Shown: positions 1 to 9,674, counted from the first letter of the stretch. The stretch is 64,000 nucleotides of DNA from Candidatus Binataceae bacterium (GCA_036495685.1 DASXMJ010000191.1:64203-128202); one strand, 5' to 3'. Notes: generated by a model not told the origin, from the sequence alone. A program made the numbers and translations.

Positions 1-96
1 CGCCAACGCGCGCAGGTACAGACCGCAATCGAGGAACGGGTCAGCTGCTGGATCTATCTACCGACCGGATGGGAAAGGCGCTGACTTAATCTTCGG

Positions 97-1518
97 TCAC
101 TTCGCTTCCGCCGGCGGAGCGGCCTTGGACTCGGGTCGTTTGATGCCAAACTTGTCGAGCCGGTACTGAAGGGTGCGGTAGCTCATGCTCAGCATCTTGC
201 ACGCTTTGGCGATGACCCAATCGCTCTTATCCATTGCCTGCAGGATTAATTCGCGTTCGAAGTTCTCGAAATTGATTCCCTCCGAAGGAATCTCGAATTT
301 ATCGCTCCGCGGCCCGCGTTCACCGGCCTTTGCCAGAGTCTTGCGGGCCAGCACCTCCTGGGGAAGGTCGCGTGGGGTAATGGTGTCGCCCTCACATAGC
401 AGGATCGCACGCTCGATGGCGGATTCCAGTTGCCGCACGTTCCCCGGCCACGAGTAGTCGAGCAGTATCTCCATTGCCTCGCGGCTGATTTCCTTGACCC
501 GGCCCTCGGCCGAATGACCGAATTTCGCCAGCGCGTGATTAGCCAGCAGCGGGATGTCTCCCTGCCGTTCGCGCAAGGGGGGAACCGTGATAGTCACGAC
601 GTTCACACGATAGTAGAGATCCTCGCGAAAGCGGCTCTCCGCGACCTCCTCGGCAAGGTTCTTGTTGGTAGCGGTAACCAGACGAACATCAACTCGAAAC
701 GATTCATTACCACCTACGCGGCGAATCTCCTTTTCCTGCAGGACCCGCAGAATCTTGGCCTGCAGCCCTTGCGGAAGATCGGCGATTTCGTCGAGGAACA
801 GAGTCGATGCGTTGGCGCTTTCAAATAGGCCTATCTTGCGCTCGGTCGCTCCCGTAAAGGCGCCCCGTTCATGGCCGAAAAGCTCGTTTTCGATGAGGTT
901 GTCGGGAATCGCTGAGCAATTGATCGCAATGAACGGCCGCGCGGCGCGCGGGGAGTTGCGATGGATCGCTCGGGCCACCAGTTCCTTGCCGGTGCCGCTG
1001 TCGCCCTGAACGAGCACGGTGCTGTTGGAGGGTGCCACCTTGCGCACCATTCGGATGACCTCCTGGATCGCGGGATCCTGTCCGACGATGCCTTCGAGCT
1101 CGAACTTCCCTTCGAGGCGGCGCTTCAGCAGTTGGTTCTCTTGCTGCAGGTTTGAGAGTTCCGCCGCCTTGGCCACCGTCATCACGAGCGTTTCCCGATC
1201 AGTCGGTTTGGTCAGATAGTAGAACGCGCCGTTTTTCATGGCCTGAACCGCGCTCTCGATAGTTCCGTGCGCGGTCAGAACGACCACCTGGCAGGAAGGG
1301 TAGGCGGTGCGCACTTTGTCGAGCAGTTCCTCGCCCGACATACCGGGCATCATCAGGTCGGTCAGCACCACGTCGAAGCGGGTGGGACCCAGCAGCTCCA
1401 TCGCGCGCTTGCCGGTCGCGGCTTGTTCAACCGAGAAACCCTCGTCGCGCAGAGTTTCAGTGGTTATTTCGCGTTCCAGGTCGTTGTCTTCAACGACCAG
1501 CACCGATGACTGGTTCAT
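97..1518 (-). CDS. Sigma-54-dependent response regulator, NtrC/AtoC family (REC + AAA+ sigma-54 activator + Fis-type HTH).
   Basis: N-terminal receiver (VLVVEDNDLEREI...DVVLTDLMMPGMSG). Walker A GDSGTGKELVARAIH. GAFTGA motif present. C-terminal HTH (WVIAKACKMLSMSYRTLQYRL). ATG at 1516-1518 overlaps the kinase stop (ATGA). Confidence 0.9.
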   Translation of the reverse strand: MNQSSVLVVEDNDLEREITTETLRDEGFSVEQAATGKRAMELLGPTRFDVVLTDLMMPGMSGEELLDKVRTAYPSCQVVVLTAHGTIESAVQAMKNGAFYYLTKPTDRETLVMTVAKAAELSNLQQENQLLKRRLEGKFELEGIVGQDPAIQEVIRMVRKVAPSNSTVLVQGDSGTGKELVARAIHRNSPRAARPFIAINCSAIPDNLIENELFGHERGAFTGATERKIGLFESANASTLFLDEIADLPQGLQAKILRVLQEKEIRRVGGNESFRVDVRLVTATNKNLAEEVAESRFREDLYYRVNVVTITVPPLRERQGDIPLLANHALAKFGHSAEGRVKEISREAMEILLDYSWPGNVRQLESAIERAILLCEGDTITPRDLPQEVLARKTLAKAGERGPRSDKFEIPSEGINFENFERELILQAMDKSDWVIAKACKMLSMSYRTLQYRLDKFGIKRPESKAAPPAEAK

Positions 1519-2987
1519 GCGTGTCTTTCCATCCCGGTCTGCGGAAAAGTGAAGGTAACTGCGGTTCCAGGTCCGGTTGGGTTGGGACCTATGTCGATGG
1601 TACCACCGTGGCCTTCGACGATCGCCTTGGACAGGAATAGGCCCAACCCGATGCCCTCGCGCTTGGTAGTAAAAAACGGCTCGAAAACGTGCACTGCCGC
1701 ATCCGGATCGATTCCCGCTCCGGTGTCGCAGAACCTAATTACGAATCGCTCGTTCTCGCGGCTAAAGGTGATCCTCATGGTGCCGCCGTCGGGCATTGCC
1801 TGCACCGCATTGGCGACCACGTTCATGAAGCAGGTGCGGAGTTTCTCCGCGTCGACGTTAAGCACGGTCGCAACGCTATCCGCGTCTTCCAGCACCTCGA
1901 TACCCTGGCTTTTCATCTTGGATTCGGAAATCGCCAGCACCCCGTCCACCAGCTGCTTGACGTCTGTCGAGGCGGGACGGATCTCGATCGGCCTGCCGTA
2001 ATGTAAAAAGCTTTGCACCAGCTCGCTCATGCGGCGAACCTCGTCTTTCATGAGCATGACCTGGCGCACAAAATTGTCCGAATCCTGAGCGAGCTGACGC
2101 GTGTAACGAGTCCGCAGCTGGTCAAGCGCCAGACTGATGAAGTTGAGAGGATTCTTTATCTCGTGTGCCAAGCCCCCGGCGAGTTGGCCCAGCGCCGCGA
2201 ACCGCTCGAGCCGGTTGAGCTCATGCTCACGCTCGCGCGCCCGGCGCAGCTGCTGAACCATCTCGTTGAAGCTTCGGGTGAGGAGGCCGATTTCATCGCG
2301 GCGGTTGGCCTCCGGCACCGGCGCGAGGCCGCGCGCTGCGATATTCTGGGCCGCGTCGGCGACTGCATGGATTGGTTTCACGTAGCGGTCCGCCAGGATG
2401 TAAGCGAACACCAATCCGATGGTAAAAATGACGAAGGCCGCAGCGATCTGATGGATCCAATTTACGACCAGCGGCTGCGCGGAATCGCCGAAGTCCGCCA
2501 CGACCTGCACGTAGCCGAGCAAATGATCTTCGACTTCGATCGGAATCAGATAAACGGTGGTTTCCCGGGCCGCTGGACCTAGTCGGGCCCCCGGGATGGT
2601 CAGGATGTCGGCACCTTGCTTCAACTCCTGGGCGACTACGTTGTCCTCAGAATGGGGCACCAGGGCGGCGCCGATGAGCTGTGGATTGGAGCTGTTGATG
2701 ATGAGCTTCTGCGATGACGCGATGGAGACTTCCAGGCCCTGGCTATTGAGGCTGCGGACGTAGTTTTGCAGGCGATCCCGATCGGTGTTGCCGACCGCTG
2801 TCAACTCCTGCACCCCGATGTGTATCGCGCGAGCAAGGTTTTTAACTTGCTGCTGCGTGGTTTCGACAATCGCGGCCTGGGTGCCGAGACTCACCCAGAG
2901 CTCGGCGCCGAGGGTGAGGGCCAGCAGCAGCACCATCAGGAGTATCAGCTTCGCCTTGAGATTAAGCGGCGGGAATTTGAGTTGCAT
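1515..2987 (-). CDS. Sensor histidine kinase (two TM segments, HAMP-like linker, HisKA H-box, HATPase_c), partner of the NtrC-like regulator.
   Basis: H-box LAHEIKNPLNFI. ATP-binding G-boxes (DTGAGIDPD, GIGLGL). N-terminal hydrophobic segments. Translationally coupled to the downstream regulator. Confidence 0.85.
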   Translation of the reverse strand: MQLKFPPLNLKAKLILLMVLLLALTLGAELWVSLGTQAAIVETTQQQVKNLARAIHIGVQELTAVGNTDRDRLQNYVRSLNSQGLEVSIASSQKLIINSSNPQLIGAALVPHSEDNVVAQELKQGADILTIPGARLGPAARETTVYLIPIEVEDHLLGYVQVVADFGDSAQPLVVNWIHQIAAAFVIFTIGLVFAYILADRYVKPIHAVADAAQNIAARGLAPVPEANRRDEIGLLTRSFNEMVQQLRRAREREHELNRLERFAALGQLAGGLAHEIKNPLNFISLALDQLRTRYTRQLAQDSDNFVRQVMLMKDEVRRMSELVQSFLHYGRPIEIRPASTDVKQLVDGVLAISESKMKSQGIEVLEDADSVATVLNVDAEKLRTCFMNVVANAVQAMPDGGTMRITFSRENERFVIRFCDTGAGIDPDAAVHVFEPFFTTKREGIGLGLFLSKAIVEGHGGTIDIGPNPTGPGTAVTFTFPQTGMERHA

Positions 2988-3058
2988 TTCAGGCGACCGT
3001 CGCCGGACTAGGGCCGGCGAACTTCAGGTCCCTAAAGAATTGGTTTCTTCCACTCGGG

Positions 3059-3664
3059 TCAGGTTTTCTGCGCGCTGGTGCGCGTGTACAGAAGGCGCAT
3101 TCCATAAATTGCCAACGACAGAACCGCCACGACCCAGAGCAGGCGTTCGAACCCGCCGAGGTAGTGGATGACGACCTCGAGCTGCCCGCCGAACAGATAT
3201 CCTATCGACACGACAACCGGAACCGAAATTATCGCGCCCAGCAGATCATAAGCCAGAAATCGCAGCGGGGTTACCCCAAAGGATCCGGCGGTCAGGTAGA
3301 TCAACGCCCGGAGTCCGGCCAGAAAGCGCGCGTAGAATATGGCGCGATGACCGTGGCGGCGCATGAAAGCCCGGATCCGATCGATCTGCGCCTTGGAGCC
3401 GGGGCGATTGAGTCCGAAGTAGCGCACCAGCCCAGTACCGAAACGGCGGCCCAGAAAAAACAGCGAGTTGTCGCCAGCGACCACCCCGAGCAGCGCTACC
3501 GCCAGGGTTATGGGGTAACGAATGACTCCGCGGTGGACCAGGAATCCGCCGGCCAGCAGCGCGATATCTTCCGGCATCGGCAATCCCATGCCACACAGCA
3601 GCAGGATCACGAACAGCCCCAGGTACGTGAAATGTTCGATGTAACCGGAGACGATGCCTACCAA
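3059..3664 (-). CDS. DedA/SNARE-associated family membrane protein.
   Basis: Typical DedA N-terminus (YLGLFVILLLCGMGLPMPEDIALLAGGFL) and multiple TM segments. Confidence 0.8.
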   Translation of the reverse strand: MVGIVSGYIEHFTYLGLFVILLLCGMGLPMPEDIALLAGGFLVHRGVIRYPITLAVALLGVVAGDNSLFFLGRRFGTGLVRYFGLNRPGSKAQIDRIRAFMRRHGHRAIFYARFLAGLRALIYLTAGSFGVTPLRFLAYDLLGAIISVPVVVSIGYLFGGQLEVVIHYLGGFERLLWVVAVLSLAIYGMRLLYTRTSAQKT

Positions 3665-3667
3665 GCG

Positions 3668-4099
3668 TCAGTCTCCACTGGCATATCTGGCGCGGATTGC
3701 ATCGCGTATCTGCTCGACCGGCGTGCCTTGTTGTGTCAACTGCGCCGCCATCCGCGCCTCGCCCACGCAAATGCCGCAAGTGCTGCCGTGCTTGTCGCGA
3801 TAACAATCGAGCAGGCTCTTGTGCCCTTCGCTCTTGTCGCAGCCACAGTAACAATGAAGCTGCGCAAGCAAGCCGGGGTTTTGCCGCGCTATCTGGTAAG
3901 CCTCGCGTACCTCGCCCTTGAACAGGTTAGGATCGAGGGTCAGGCGCAGATTCGACGCCGGATCACTCCCGGTCGCCGCCTGCCCAATCGTGTCTGCGAA
4001 GCCGCCGGGGGCCCCAAACCACACGTATGCGCCCGCCGCCATCAGGATGAGGGTGGCGATTACCGCAAGCGTCCCTTTGGTGCCCATCAAGTGCTCCAC
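3668..4099 (-). CDS. Membrane-anchored PCYCGC-motif domain protein.
   Basis: Single N-terminal TM helix. Cys-rich motif HCYCGCDKSEGHKSLLDCY...CGICVGE. Start is GTG at 4099 or ATG at 4087. Confidence 0.55.
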   Translation of the reverse strand: MEHLMGTKGTLAVIATLILMAAGAYVWFGAPGGFADTIGQAATGSDPASNLRLTLDPNLFKGEVREAYQIARQNPGLLAQLHCYCGCDKSEGHKSLLDCYRDKHGSTCGICVGEARMAAQLTQQGTPVEQIRDAIRARYASGD

Positions 4100-4104
4100 G
4101 ACTA

Positions 4105-4830
4105 CTATAGCATTTCAATCATCTGGAGAGTTTGCCGGGCGAAGGTGTACAGGGCGGCCGGACGATGAGGGCCGCGGCGGGTCTCGCGGAGCGGGCGCAA
4201 CAGATCCATCGCTAAAATTCGCCGCCGGAAATTGCGGCGATCGATGGGTCGGTCGAGAATTCGAGCATAGAGCTCCTCCAACTCCGCAAAGGTGAACATC
4301 CGGGGCAGCAGGGTATAGGCGATGTTGCTGTACTCGAGTTTCGACTTAAGGCGCCGGAGCGCGTAGGTGGCCATCAGCGCGTGGTCGTAGGCCAGCGGGG
4401 GCAACTTGAAAAGTTCGAACCACCCCCCGGCCGCGTATTTGGGCGAAGGCCCGCTCACCCGCTCCGGGTCGGCAATCAGCGCCATGTAGGCGACCGACAC
4501 CACGTGCGCGTCGGGATCGCGCGAGGGATCTCCGAAACTGAAGAGTTGTTCGAAGTAGCACTGGCCAAGTCCGGTCGAGGTCCGCAATTCCCGCCGCGCG
4601 GCGTCGTCGAGCAGTTCGCCGCGCCTTACCAGCCCGCCCGGGAAGGCCCATTTTCCGCGCGCCGGACCGCGCGCAAGTTGGACCAGGTAGGTTTTAAGCT
4701 GCCGCTCGCGGACCGCAAACAGCACGGTATCGACGGCTACGCGGGGGCGTTCGAAGCGATCCGCGGACTGTGCCGCGCCGTGGTCGGCTGCCGCTGCCGA
4801 GTTGCTCAGGCGCTCAACTCGAGCATCCGC
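4105..4830 (-). CDS. nrtR: NrtR-like regulator: Nudix fold with a degenerate Nudix box plus a C-terminal winged-helix domain. The 5' end is unresolved.
   Basis: Nudix box GGLVRRGELLDDAARRELRTSTGL has the catalytic Glu pair replaced by T/S. C-terminal region (YSNIAYTLLPRMFTFAELEELYARILDRPIDRRNFRRRI) resembles the NrtR wHTH domain. Sits immediately downstream of nadA. The ORF frame stays open into nadA and no in-frame ATG/GTG/TTG lies just downstream of the nadA stop. The nearest in-frame ATG is at 4944. Confidence 0.55.
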   Translation of the reverse strand, partial: ADARVERLSNSAAAADHGAAQSADRFERPRVAVDTVLFAVRERQLKTYLVQLARGPARGKWAFPGGLVRRGELLDDAARRELRTSTGLGQCYFEQLFSFGDPSRDPDAHVVSVAYMALIADPERVSGPSPKYAAGGWFELFKLPPLAYDHALMATYALRRLKSKLEYSNIAYTLLPRMFTFAELEELYARILDRPIDRRNFRRRILAMDLLRPLRETRRGPHRPAALYTFARQTLQMIEML

Positions 4831-5930
4831 TCCAGCGCCCTCCGCGCCCCCTCGCGTACGTCGTCGGGAAGGTTGATTTCGTAGCGAAGATTGCGGAGCG
4901 AATCGAGGGTGCCGTCGAGAGTGATCATCTTCATGAAGCGGCATAGTTTGCACGCCTTGTAGAAGTGCTTTTCGGGTATCTCCATGAGCAGGCGATCGGA
5001 CAGGCCACATTCGGTAACCACCAAAAATTTGTCGGCCTCGCTGGTACGCGCATAGTTGACCATGGCGCTGGTCGAGAGCACCGCGTCGGCCAGCGCGAGC
5101 ACGTCCTTGCGGCACTCCGGATGGGCTATCACCTTGATGCCTGGGATCGAGGTCTTGACCTTGTTTACTTCCGCCGGCGTTATCTGATGGTGGACGTAGC
5201 AGTTACCATCCCATGAAATTATTCGTTTGCGGGTGTTCTCCTGTACATAGTTAGCCAGATTCTGATCGGGGACGAACAGCACGTTTTCGGAGTCGATGGC
5301 GTTGACCACCTTGACTGCGTTGGCCGAGGTGCAGCAGGCATCGCAAAGCGCCTTGACGTCGGCGGTGCAGTTCACGTACGCCACGACCTTGAGGTCGGGA
5401 TAGATTTGCTTCAGTTCCGCCTTGCGTTCGGCCAGGGCTTCTGCAGTGACCGCATCCGCCAGCGAACATCCCGCTCTCAGGTCGGGAATCAGCACGGTGC
5501 GCCCGGGATTCACGACCTTGGCGGTCTCGGCCATGAAATAGACTCCGCAGAACACGATCACGTCGGCGTCGCGGACCTCTTTGGCCTTGCGGGCCAACTC
5601 CAGCGAATCGCCGACAAAATCCGCGACCTCAAAGATTTCCGGCCGCTGATAGTTGTGCGCAAGCACGATGGCCTTGCGCTCCTCCTTGAGGCGCAGAATC
5701 TCGGCGATCTGCTCGGCGTACCGCTCGCAAGCCTCGAGCCCGTAGCCACTCTGGTCAAGCGGCGCGAGCTTGTCATGAAGCGCGCGCGCCGAAATAGGGG
5801 AGTGTGTGGGTGCGTTCAATGGCAAATCCTTGTGTGCCCCGGATTCCAACGCCTCCGCAGATTCCACCGCCGACCGGGTACTTTGCGTCAATTTGACACT
5901 TACTCTAGTCAGCCGCGCTCCGGCACGCAA
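4806..5930 (-). CDS. nadA: Quinolinate synthase NadA.
   Basis: Conserved AIVLAHNYQ motif and the three Cys-containing segments typical of NadA. The 5930 start is TTG. The true start is probably further downstream (GTG at 5870 or a TTG near 5825), by alignment to E. coli-type NadA N-termini. Confidence 0.85.
   Translation of the reverse strand: MRAGARLTRVSVKLTQSTRSAVESAEALESGAHKDLPLNAPTHSPISARALHDKLAPLDQSGYGLEACERYAEQIAEILRLKEERKAIVLAHNYQRPEIFEVADFVGDSLELARKAKEVRDADVIVFCGVYFMAETAKVVNPGRTVLIPDLRAGCSLADAVTAEALAERKAELKQIYPDLKVVAYVNCTADVKALCDACCTSANAVKVVNAIDSENVLFVPDQNLANYVQENTRKRIISWDGNCYVHHQITPAEVNKVKTSIPGIKVIAHPECRKDVLALADAVLSTSAMVNYARTSEADKFLVVTECGLSDRLLMEIPEKHFYKACKLCRFMKMITLDGTLDSLRNLRYEINLPDDVREGARRALERMLELSA
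5885..5899. promoter_or_regulatory. Palindrome GCGTCAAtTTGACAC (5-1-5 perfect core GTCAA-t-TTGAC) in the nadA 5' region. Candidate NrtR operator.
   Basis: Seen directly in the sequence. Lies within the first about 45 nt of the maximal nadA ORF, but upstream of the more likely internal starts. NrtR is encoded immediately downstream of nadA. Confidence 0.3.
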
Positions 5931-6073
5931 CCGGCGTCGGCCGTTCAGCCTTACGCAAAGCGAGCCGGGCGCGTCTTCTCACCAAGGAACGCAATTGGCG
6001 CTGTGTCCCGAGCCTCTGCTAAACCGAAGCACGGACCCGAGGGTTGGCATGGCACTCGGGCGGAGTTAAACCG

Positions 6074-7222
6074 ATGGATGAAGTTCTGGACAAGCAGGTA
6101 ATCGAGGCGGTGCGCCGGTTTGTGGAACGCGACGTCATGCCGGTGGCAAGCGAACTGGAGCATCGCGATGAGTACCCGCAGGAGCTGGTCGACAAAATGA
6201 AGGGGTTGGGTCTTTTTGGCGCCACCATCCCGGCCGCCCATGGTGGCCTCGGCCTTTCATTCAGCACCTACGCACGAGTCATGGAGGAGCTCTCGCGCGG
6301 ATGGATGAGCCTGGCGGGCGTGATCAACAGCCATCTGATCATGGCCTACATGATTGTCCATCACGGCACCGAGGCGCAGAAGCAATACTTTTTACCGGCG
6401 ATGGCTTCCGGCGAGAAGCGGGGCGGGCTGGCTTTGACGGAGCCGCACGCCGGCAGCGACGTGCAATCGATCCGCAGTACCGCGGTCCGTCGGGGCGACG
6501 ACTATTTTCTCTCGGGCAGCAAAATGTTCATTACCAATGCCCGTCACGGAACCATGCTAGCGGTTGCAGCCAAAACCAATCCGAAAGCCGAGCCGGCCTA
6601 TGCCGGAATCAGCATGTTTGCGGTCGAGAAGAACGCAAACGGGCCGACGGTCAGCCGCAACCTCAAGAAGCTCGGCTACAAAGGAATCGATACCTGCGAA
6701 GTTCTGCTCGAGGACTTTGCGGTGCCGGCCACGAGCCTGATCGGCGGCATCGAAGGGCAGGGCTTCAAGCAGGTGATGAGTGCGCTGGAAGTGGGAAGGA
6801 TCAACGTCGCGGCACGCGCGGTCGGAGTCGCGCAGGCCGCCTTTGAAAGCGCAATCCATTACGCGCAGCAGCGGACCGCCTTTGGCAAACCGATCGCGCA
6901 ACATCAGGCCGTGCAGTTGATGCTCGCCGACATGGGCACCCGCCTCGAAGCCGCGCGTCTGTTGGTAATCAGCGCTGCAGGAAAGAAAGATGCGGGCGAA
7001 CGGTGCGACGTCGAGGCCGGAATGGCCAAGCTCTTCGCCTCGGAAGCGTGTGCCAAGATCGCACTCGACGCGATGCGCGTGCTGGCCGGTTACGGCTTCA
7101 CGCAAGAGTTCCCAGTAGAGCGGTTTTACCGGGACGCCCCGCTGATGATGATCGGTGAAGGGACCAACGAAATCCAGTCGCTGGTGATCGCTCGAGGGCT
7201 CCTGGCCCGATATTCAATCTGA
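6074..7222 (+). CDS. Acyl-CoA dehydrogenase.
   Basis: ACAD N-terminal, middle and C-terminal regions (GLALTEPHAGSDV, catalytic region near RVLAGYGFTQEFPVERFYRDAPLMMIGEGTNEI). ATG at 6074 preferred over the TTG at 6044. Confidence 0.85.
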   Translation: MDEVLDKQVIEAVRRFVERDVMPVASELEHRDEYPQELVDKMKGLGLFGATIPAAHGGLGLSFSTYARVMEELSRGWMSLAGVINSHLIMAYMIVHHGTEAQKQYFLPAMASGEKRGGLALTEPHAGSDVQSIRSTAVRRGDDYFLSGSKMFITNARHGTMLAVAAKTNPKAEPAYAGISMFAVEKNANGPTVSRNLKKLGYKGIDTCEVLLEDFAVPATSLIGGIEGQGFKQVMSALEVGRINVAARAVGVAQAAFESAIHYAQQRTAFGKPIAQHQAVQLMLADMGTRLEAARLLVISAAGKKDAGERCDVEAGMAKLFASEACAKIALDAMRVLAGYGFTQEFPVERFYRDAPLMMIGEGTNEIQSLVIARGLLARYSI

Positions 7223-7238
7223 CCAGGAAGTGCGCTGA

Positions 7239-7270
7239 GACCCGCCGGGGCGTAACTCGGAACGCGGGTC
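7239..7270. terminator. Candidate bidirectional stem-loop (GACCCGC ... GCGGGTC) between the convergent acyl-CoA dehydrogenase and MFP genes.
   Basis: 7-bp GC-rich inverted repeat with an 18-nt loop. No clear U-tract. Confidence 0.25.
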
Positions 7271-7285
7271 GCCGGTCAGCCGCCG

Positions 7286-8503
7286 CTACGAGGCTTGCGG
7301 GGTGACCGGCTGTCCATCATGGAGCTGCGCCGGGGGCACTACGATCACGCTTTCGCCCCCGCTCAAGCCCTGCAGGACCTGGACACCGTCCTGGTATTCG
7401 CGCCCCAGCGACACTTCCATCCGGTGCGCGGTGTCCGCACGCACGACCCACACGTACTTCTGGTTGCCCTCCTCGACGACGGCCTTCTGGGGAACCAGGA
7501 CGAGCGCCGGCGCTTCTTCTTTAACTGCGGACCCGCCGAGAAATGAAATCTTGGCACTCATCTCGGGTTTGATAATGGCGAGGTCAGGGGTGAGGATATG
7601 AACCTCGACCTTGACGGTACCTTTCTGGCGGTCCGCTTCCGGATAGATCTTCACGACCCGTGCGTCGAATGAGCGATCCGGATACGCATCGAGGATCACG
7701 CTCGCCGACATCCCCATGGTGACCTTGGCGATGTCGCTCTCGTTGATATCGACCTCCGCGCGCATGTCCTCGGTGTCGGCGATCTGGGCGATGTCGGTGA
7801 CGCCGCCGCCGGCATTCGCACCACTAGCGTAGGTGATCATGTCGCCCACTTCGTGAATCTTGGTCAGCACCAGACCGTTGATCGGTGAGCGAATGACGCA
7901 CTGATCGACCAGGTATTTGTAGAAATCGATCCCGCTCTGGTCTTTTTTGAACGCGGCCTGCGCCTCGTTGAGCTTGTTTTCGGCCATATCGAGCTGGTCA
8001 CGGGTCGCGACGCCGGCCTTGAACAGCTCGCGCTGCCGGTCCGCCTGTGCTGCATACAGTTTGATATCTGCCTCGGCGAGGTCGCGATCGGCCATCGCCT
8101 GTCGCAGCTGTGCCTGATAGTCGCCGTCGTCGATGCGCGCCAGGATGTCACCCTTCTTGATGTGCTGGCCTTCCTCGATCGGCTCGGCAACAATCTGGCC
8201 GAGTTGCTTGGTTCCAACCGTGATGTACTTGTGCTGGGTGACGATATACCCGGAACCGGTCAGCAGGGTTCCTGGCTCTCCCGCCTGTTTGATGGTGACG
8301 AGCGCGGTTTGCACCTCGGGCGGGCGTCCAAGCGTACGCGCGTAGACCTGGTAACCGATCGCGGCGCAACCCGCGATGACCACCAGCGCCACGAGCGCGG
8401 GAACCAGACGGCCAGGGCGCGTCTCGGCCTTGCGCGCGATGCGGAGCGATTCGAGCTCGCGAATGCTTGAAGACGGGCGAGGTGATGACGGTTCAGTGCT
8501 CAT
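7286..8503 (-). CDS. Efflux-pump periplasmic adaptor (HlyD/MFP family) of the MacAB-type ABC efflux system.
   Basis: N-terminal TM anchor, coiled-coil region and beta-barrel/MP domains. The ORF stays open upstream to 9106 in an Arg-rich frame across the permease gene, but the ATG at 8503 (MSTEPSS) follows directly after the permease stop. Confidence 0.8.
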   Translation of the reverse strand: MSTEPSSPRPSSSIRELESLRIARKAETRPGRLVPALVALVVIAGCAAIGYQVYARTLGRPPEVQTALVTIKQAGEPGTLLTGSGYIVTQHKYITVGTKQLGQIVAEPIEEGQHIKKGDILARIDDGDYQAQLRQAMADRDLAEADIKLYAAQADRQRELFKAGVATRDQLDMAENKLNEAQAAFKKDQSGIDFYKYLVDQCVIRSPINGLVLTKIHEVGDMITYASGANAGGGVTDIAQIADTEDMRAEVDINESDIAKVTMGMSASVILDAYPDRSFDARVVKIYPEADRQKGTVKVEVHILTPDLAIIKPEMSAKISFLGGSAVKEEAPALVLVPQKAVVEEGNQKYVWVVRADTAHRMEVSLGREYQDGVQVLQGLSGGESVIVVPPAQLHDGQPVTPQAS

Positions 8504-8508
8504 TGCGC

Positions 8509-9672
8509 TCAACCCTTCCTTAACGCCTCGACAACCTGCATTTTCATAGCTTGGCGCGCGGGAAGCCAGCCGCCCAGTACACCCATTACGGCCGCAAATA
8601 ACAGGGCCTGCAACACCACCGCCGGCGTCACCCGAAACGCGAACGCCATGGTAGAGAAGGTCACGAAATTGCCGAAGCTGGTCGAAAAACCATCGATCGG
8701 TAAGGCCAGGATCACGCCGAGCGCCCCGGCTGCCACCGCGAGCGCCAGCGATTCCAGCATGAACGATCCCAGCACCGCGCCGGGTCTGAATCCCAGCGCG
8801 CGCAGAGTACCAATCTCGGTGGTGCGCGCGGAAACCGCCGCGTACATGGTATTCATGGCCGCAAACACCGCTCCGATCCCCATGATGATCGCGACGATCA
8901 TGCCCAGTGCGCGCAGCTGATTGGCCACCACCGACTGGTCCTTGTAGTAGTCGGTCTCGGTCTGCGCCTGCAGGTTGATGCGCGGATCGTCGGCGATCCT
9001 GCGGATCAGTGCGTCGATCTCGGTGCCCGGCAGCATCTTGAGGCGGGCGCACGCGTAATAGGCACCGCGCTGAGTGTCGTCCTGGACGTTGTGGATGTCG
9101 GCCCACACCTCCGACTCGAACGAGCTTCCCCCCGCGTCGAAAATTCCCACCACCTTCCAGTTGCCGCGCCCAAAGTGCATCGTCGACCCGACGCTGGTAT
9201 TCGCATAGCGTCCGACCAGCGCTTTGCCCACGATTACCTCGTTGAGTGCCGGCTTGAACATGCGACCCTCAATCAGGTGTACGTTTTGATGTACCTGCAG
9301 GGCGACCGGAAGCACCCCGCGTACGACGACGTTGTCGCTGGCCCCACCGGACCGCTGCATGAGCACCTGCACCGGGAGCTCCGGCGAGGCGAGTGGGTTG
9401 CCGTCGGCATCGCGCTTGATCTGGGGAAGAAATTTCAGTGCATCGAATTGATCGAGCTGGACGGCCGAGGAGGTCTCGGTGGTCGAGCCCTTGCGTACCA
9501 CCACCACATTGTCGGGCGATCCGGTATCGCTGATCGCGGATCCCAGGCCGGCCACCATCGCCATCACTATCACGAACACCGCGACCACCAGCGCGATTCC
9601 GCCCGCGGTCATCGCCGTGGATACGCGCCGCACCAGCAGACTCCGGATGTTGTACTTGAGCGGGATCGCCAT
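8509..9672 (-). CDS. ABC transporter permease, FtsX/MacB-like (second of two).
   Basis: Four TM helices with a large periplasmic domain between TM1 and TM2. FtsX-type C-terminal TM bundle. Start MAIPLKYNIRS. Confidence 0.8.
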   Translation of the reverse strand: MAIPLKYNIRSLLVRRVSTAMTAGGIALVVAVFVIVMAMVAGLGSAISDTGSPDNVVVVRKGSTTETSSAVQLDQFDALKFLPQIKRDADGNPLASPELPVQVLMQRSGGASDNVVVRGVLPVALQVHQNVHLIEGRMFKPALNEVIVGKALVGRYANTSVGSTMHFGRGNWKVVGIFDAGGSSFESEVWADIHNVQDDTQRGAYYACARLKMLPGTEIDALIRRIADDPRINLQAQTETDYYKDQSVVANQLRALGMIVAIIMGIGAVFAAMNTMYAAVSARTTEIGTLRALGFRPGAVLGSFMLESLALAVAAGALGVILALPIDGFSTSFGNFVTFSTMAFAFRVTPAVVLQALLFAAVMGVLGGWLPARQAMKMQVVEALRKG

Positions 9673-9674
9673 GG

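Noticed and set aside
3164-4168. 334-aa plus-strand ORF and 202-aa minus-strand ORF (3246..3854) over the DedA/PCYCGC region.
   Set aside because: Both are Arg/Gln-rich frames antisense to or out of frame with the DedA and PCYCGC genes, which show proper TM architecture.
4831-5115. Upstream extension of the NrtR ORF (336-aa call).
   Set aside because: Overlaps the 3' end of nadA in another frame and is Arg-rich low complexity. The Nudix domain begins only after the nadA stop. The start remains unresolved but the full 336-aa call is unlikely.
8504-9106. Upstream extension of the MFP adaptor ORF (606-aa call).
   Set aside because: The extension is in-frame but overlaps the FtsX permease gene. 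It is Arg/Gly/His-rich nonsense. The ATG at 8503 directly follows the permease stop.
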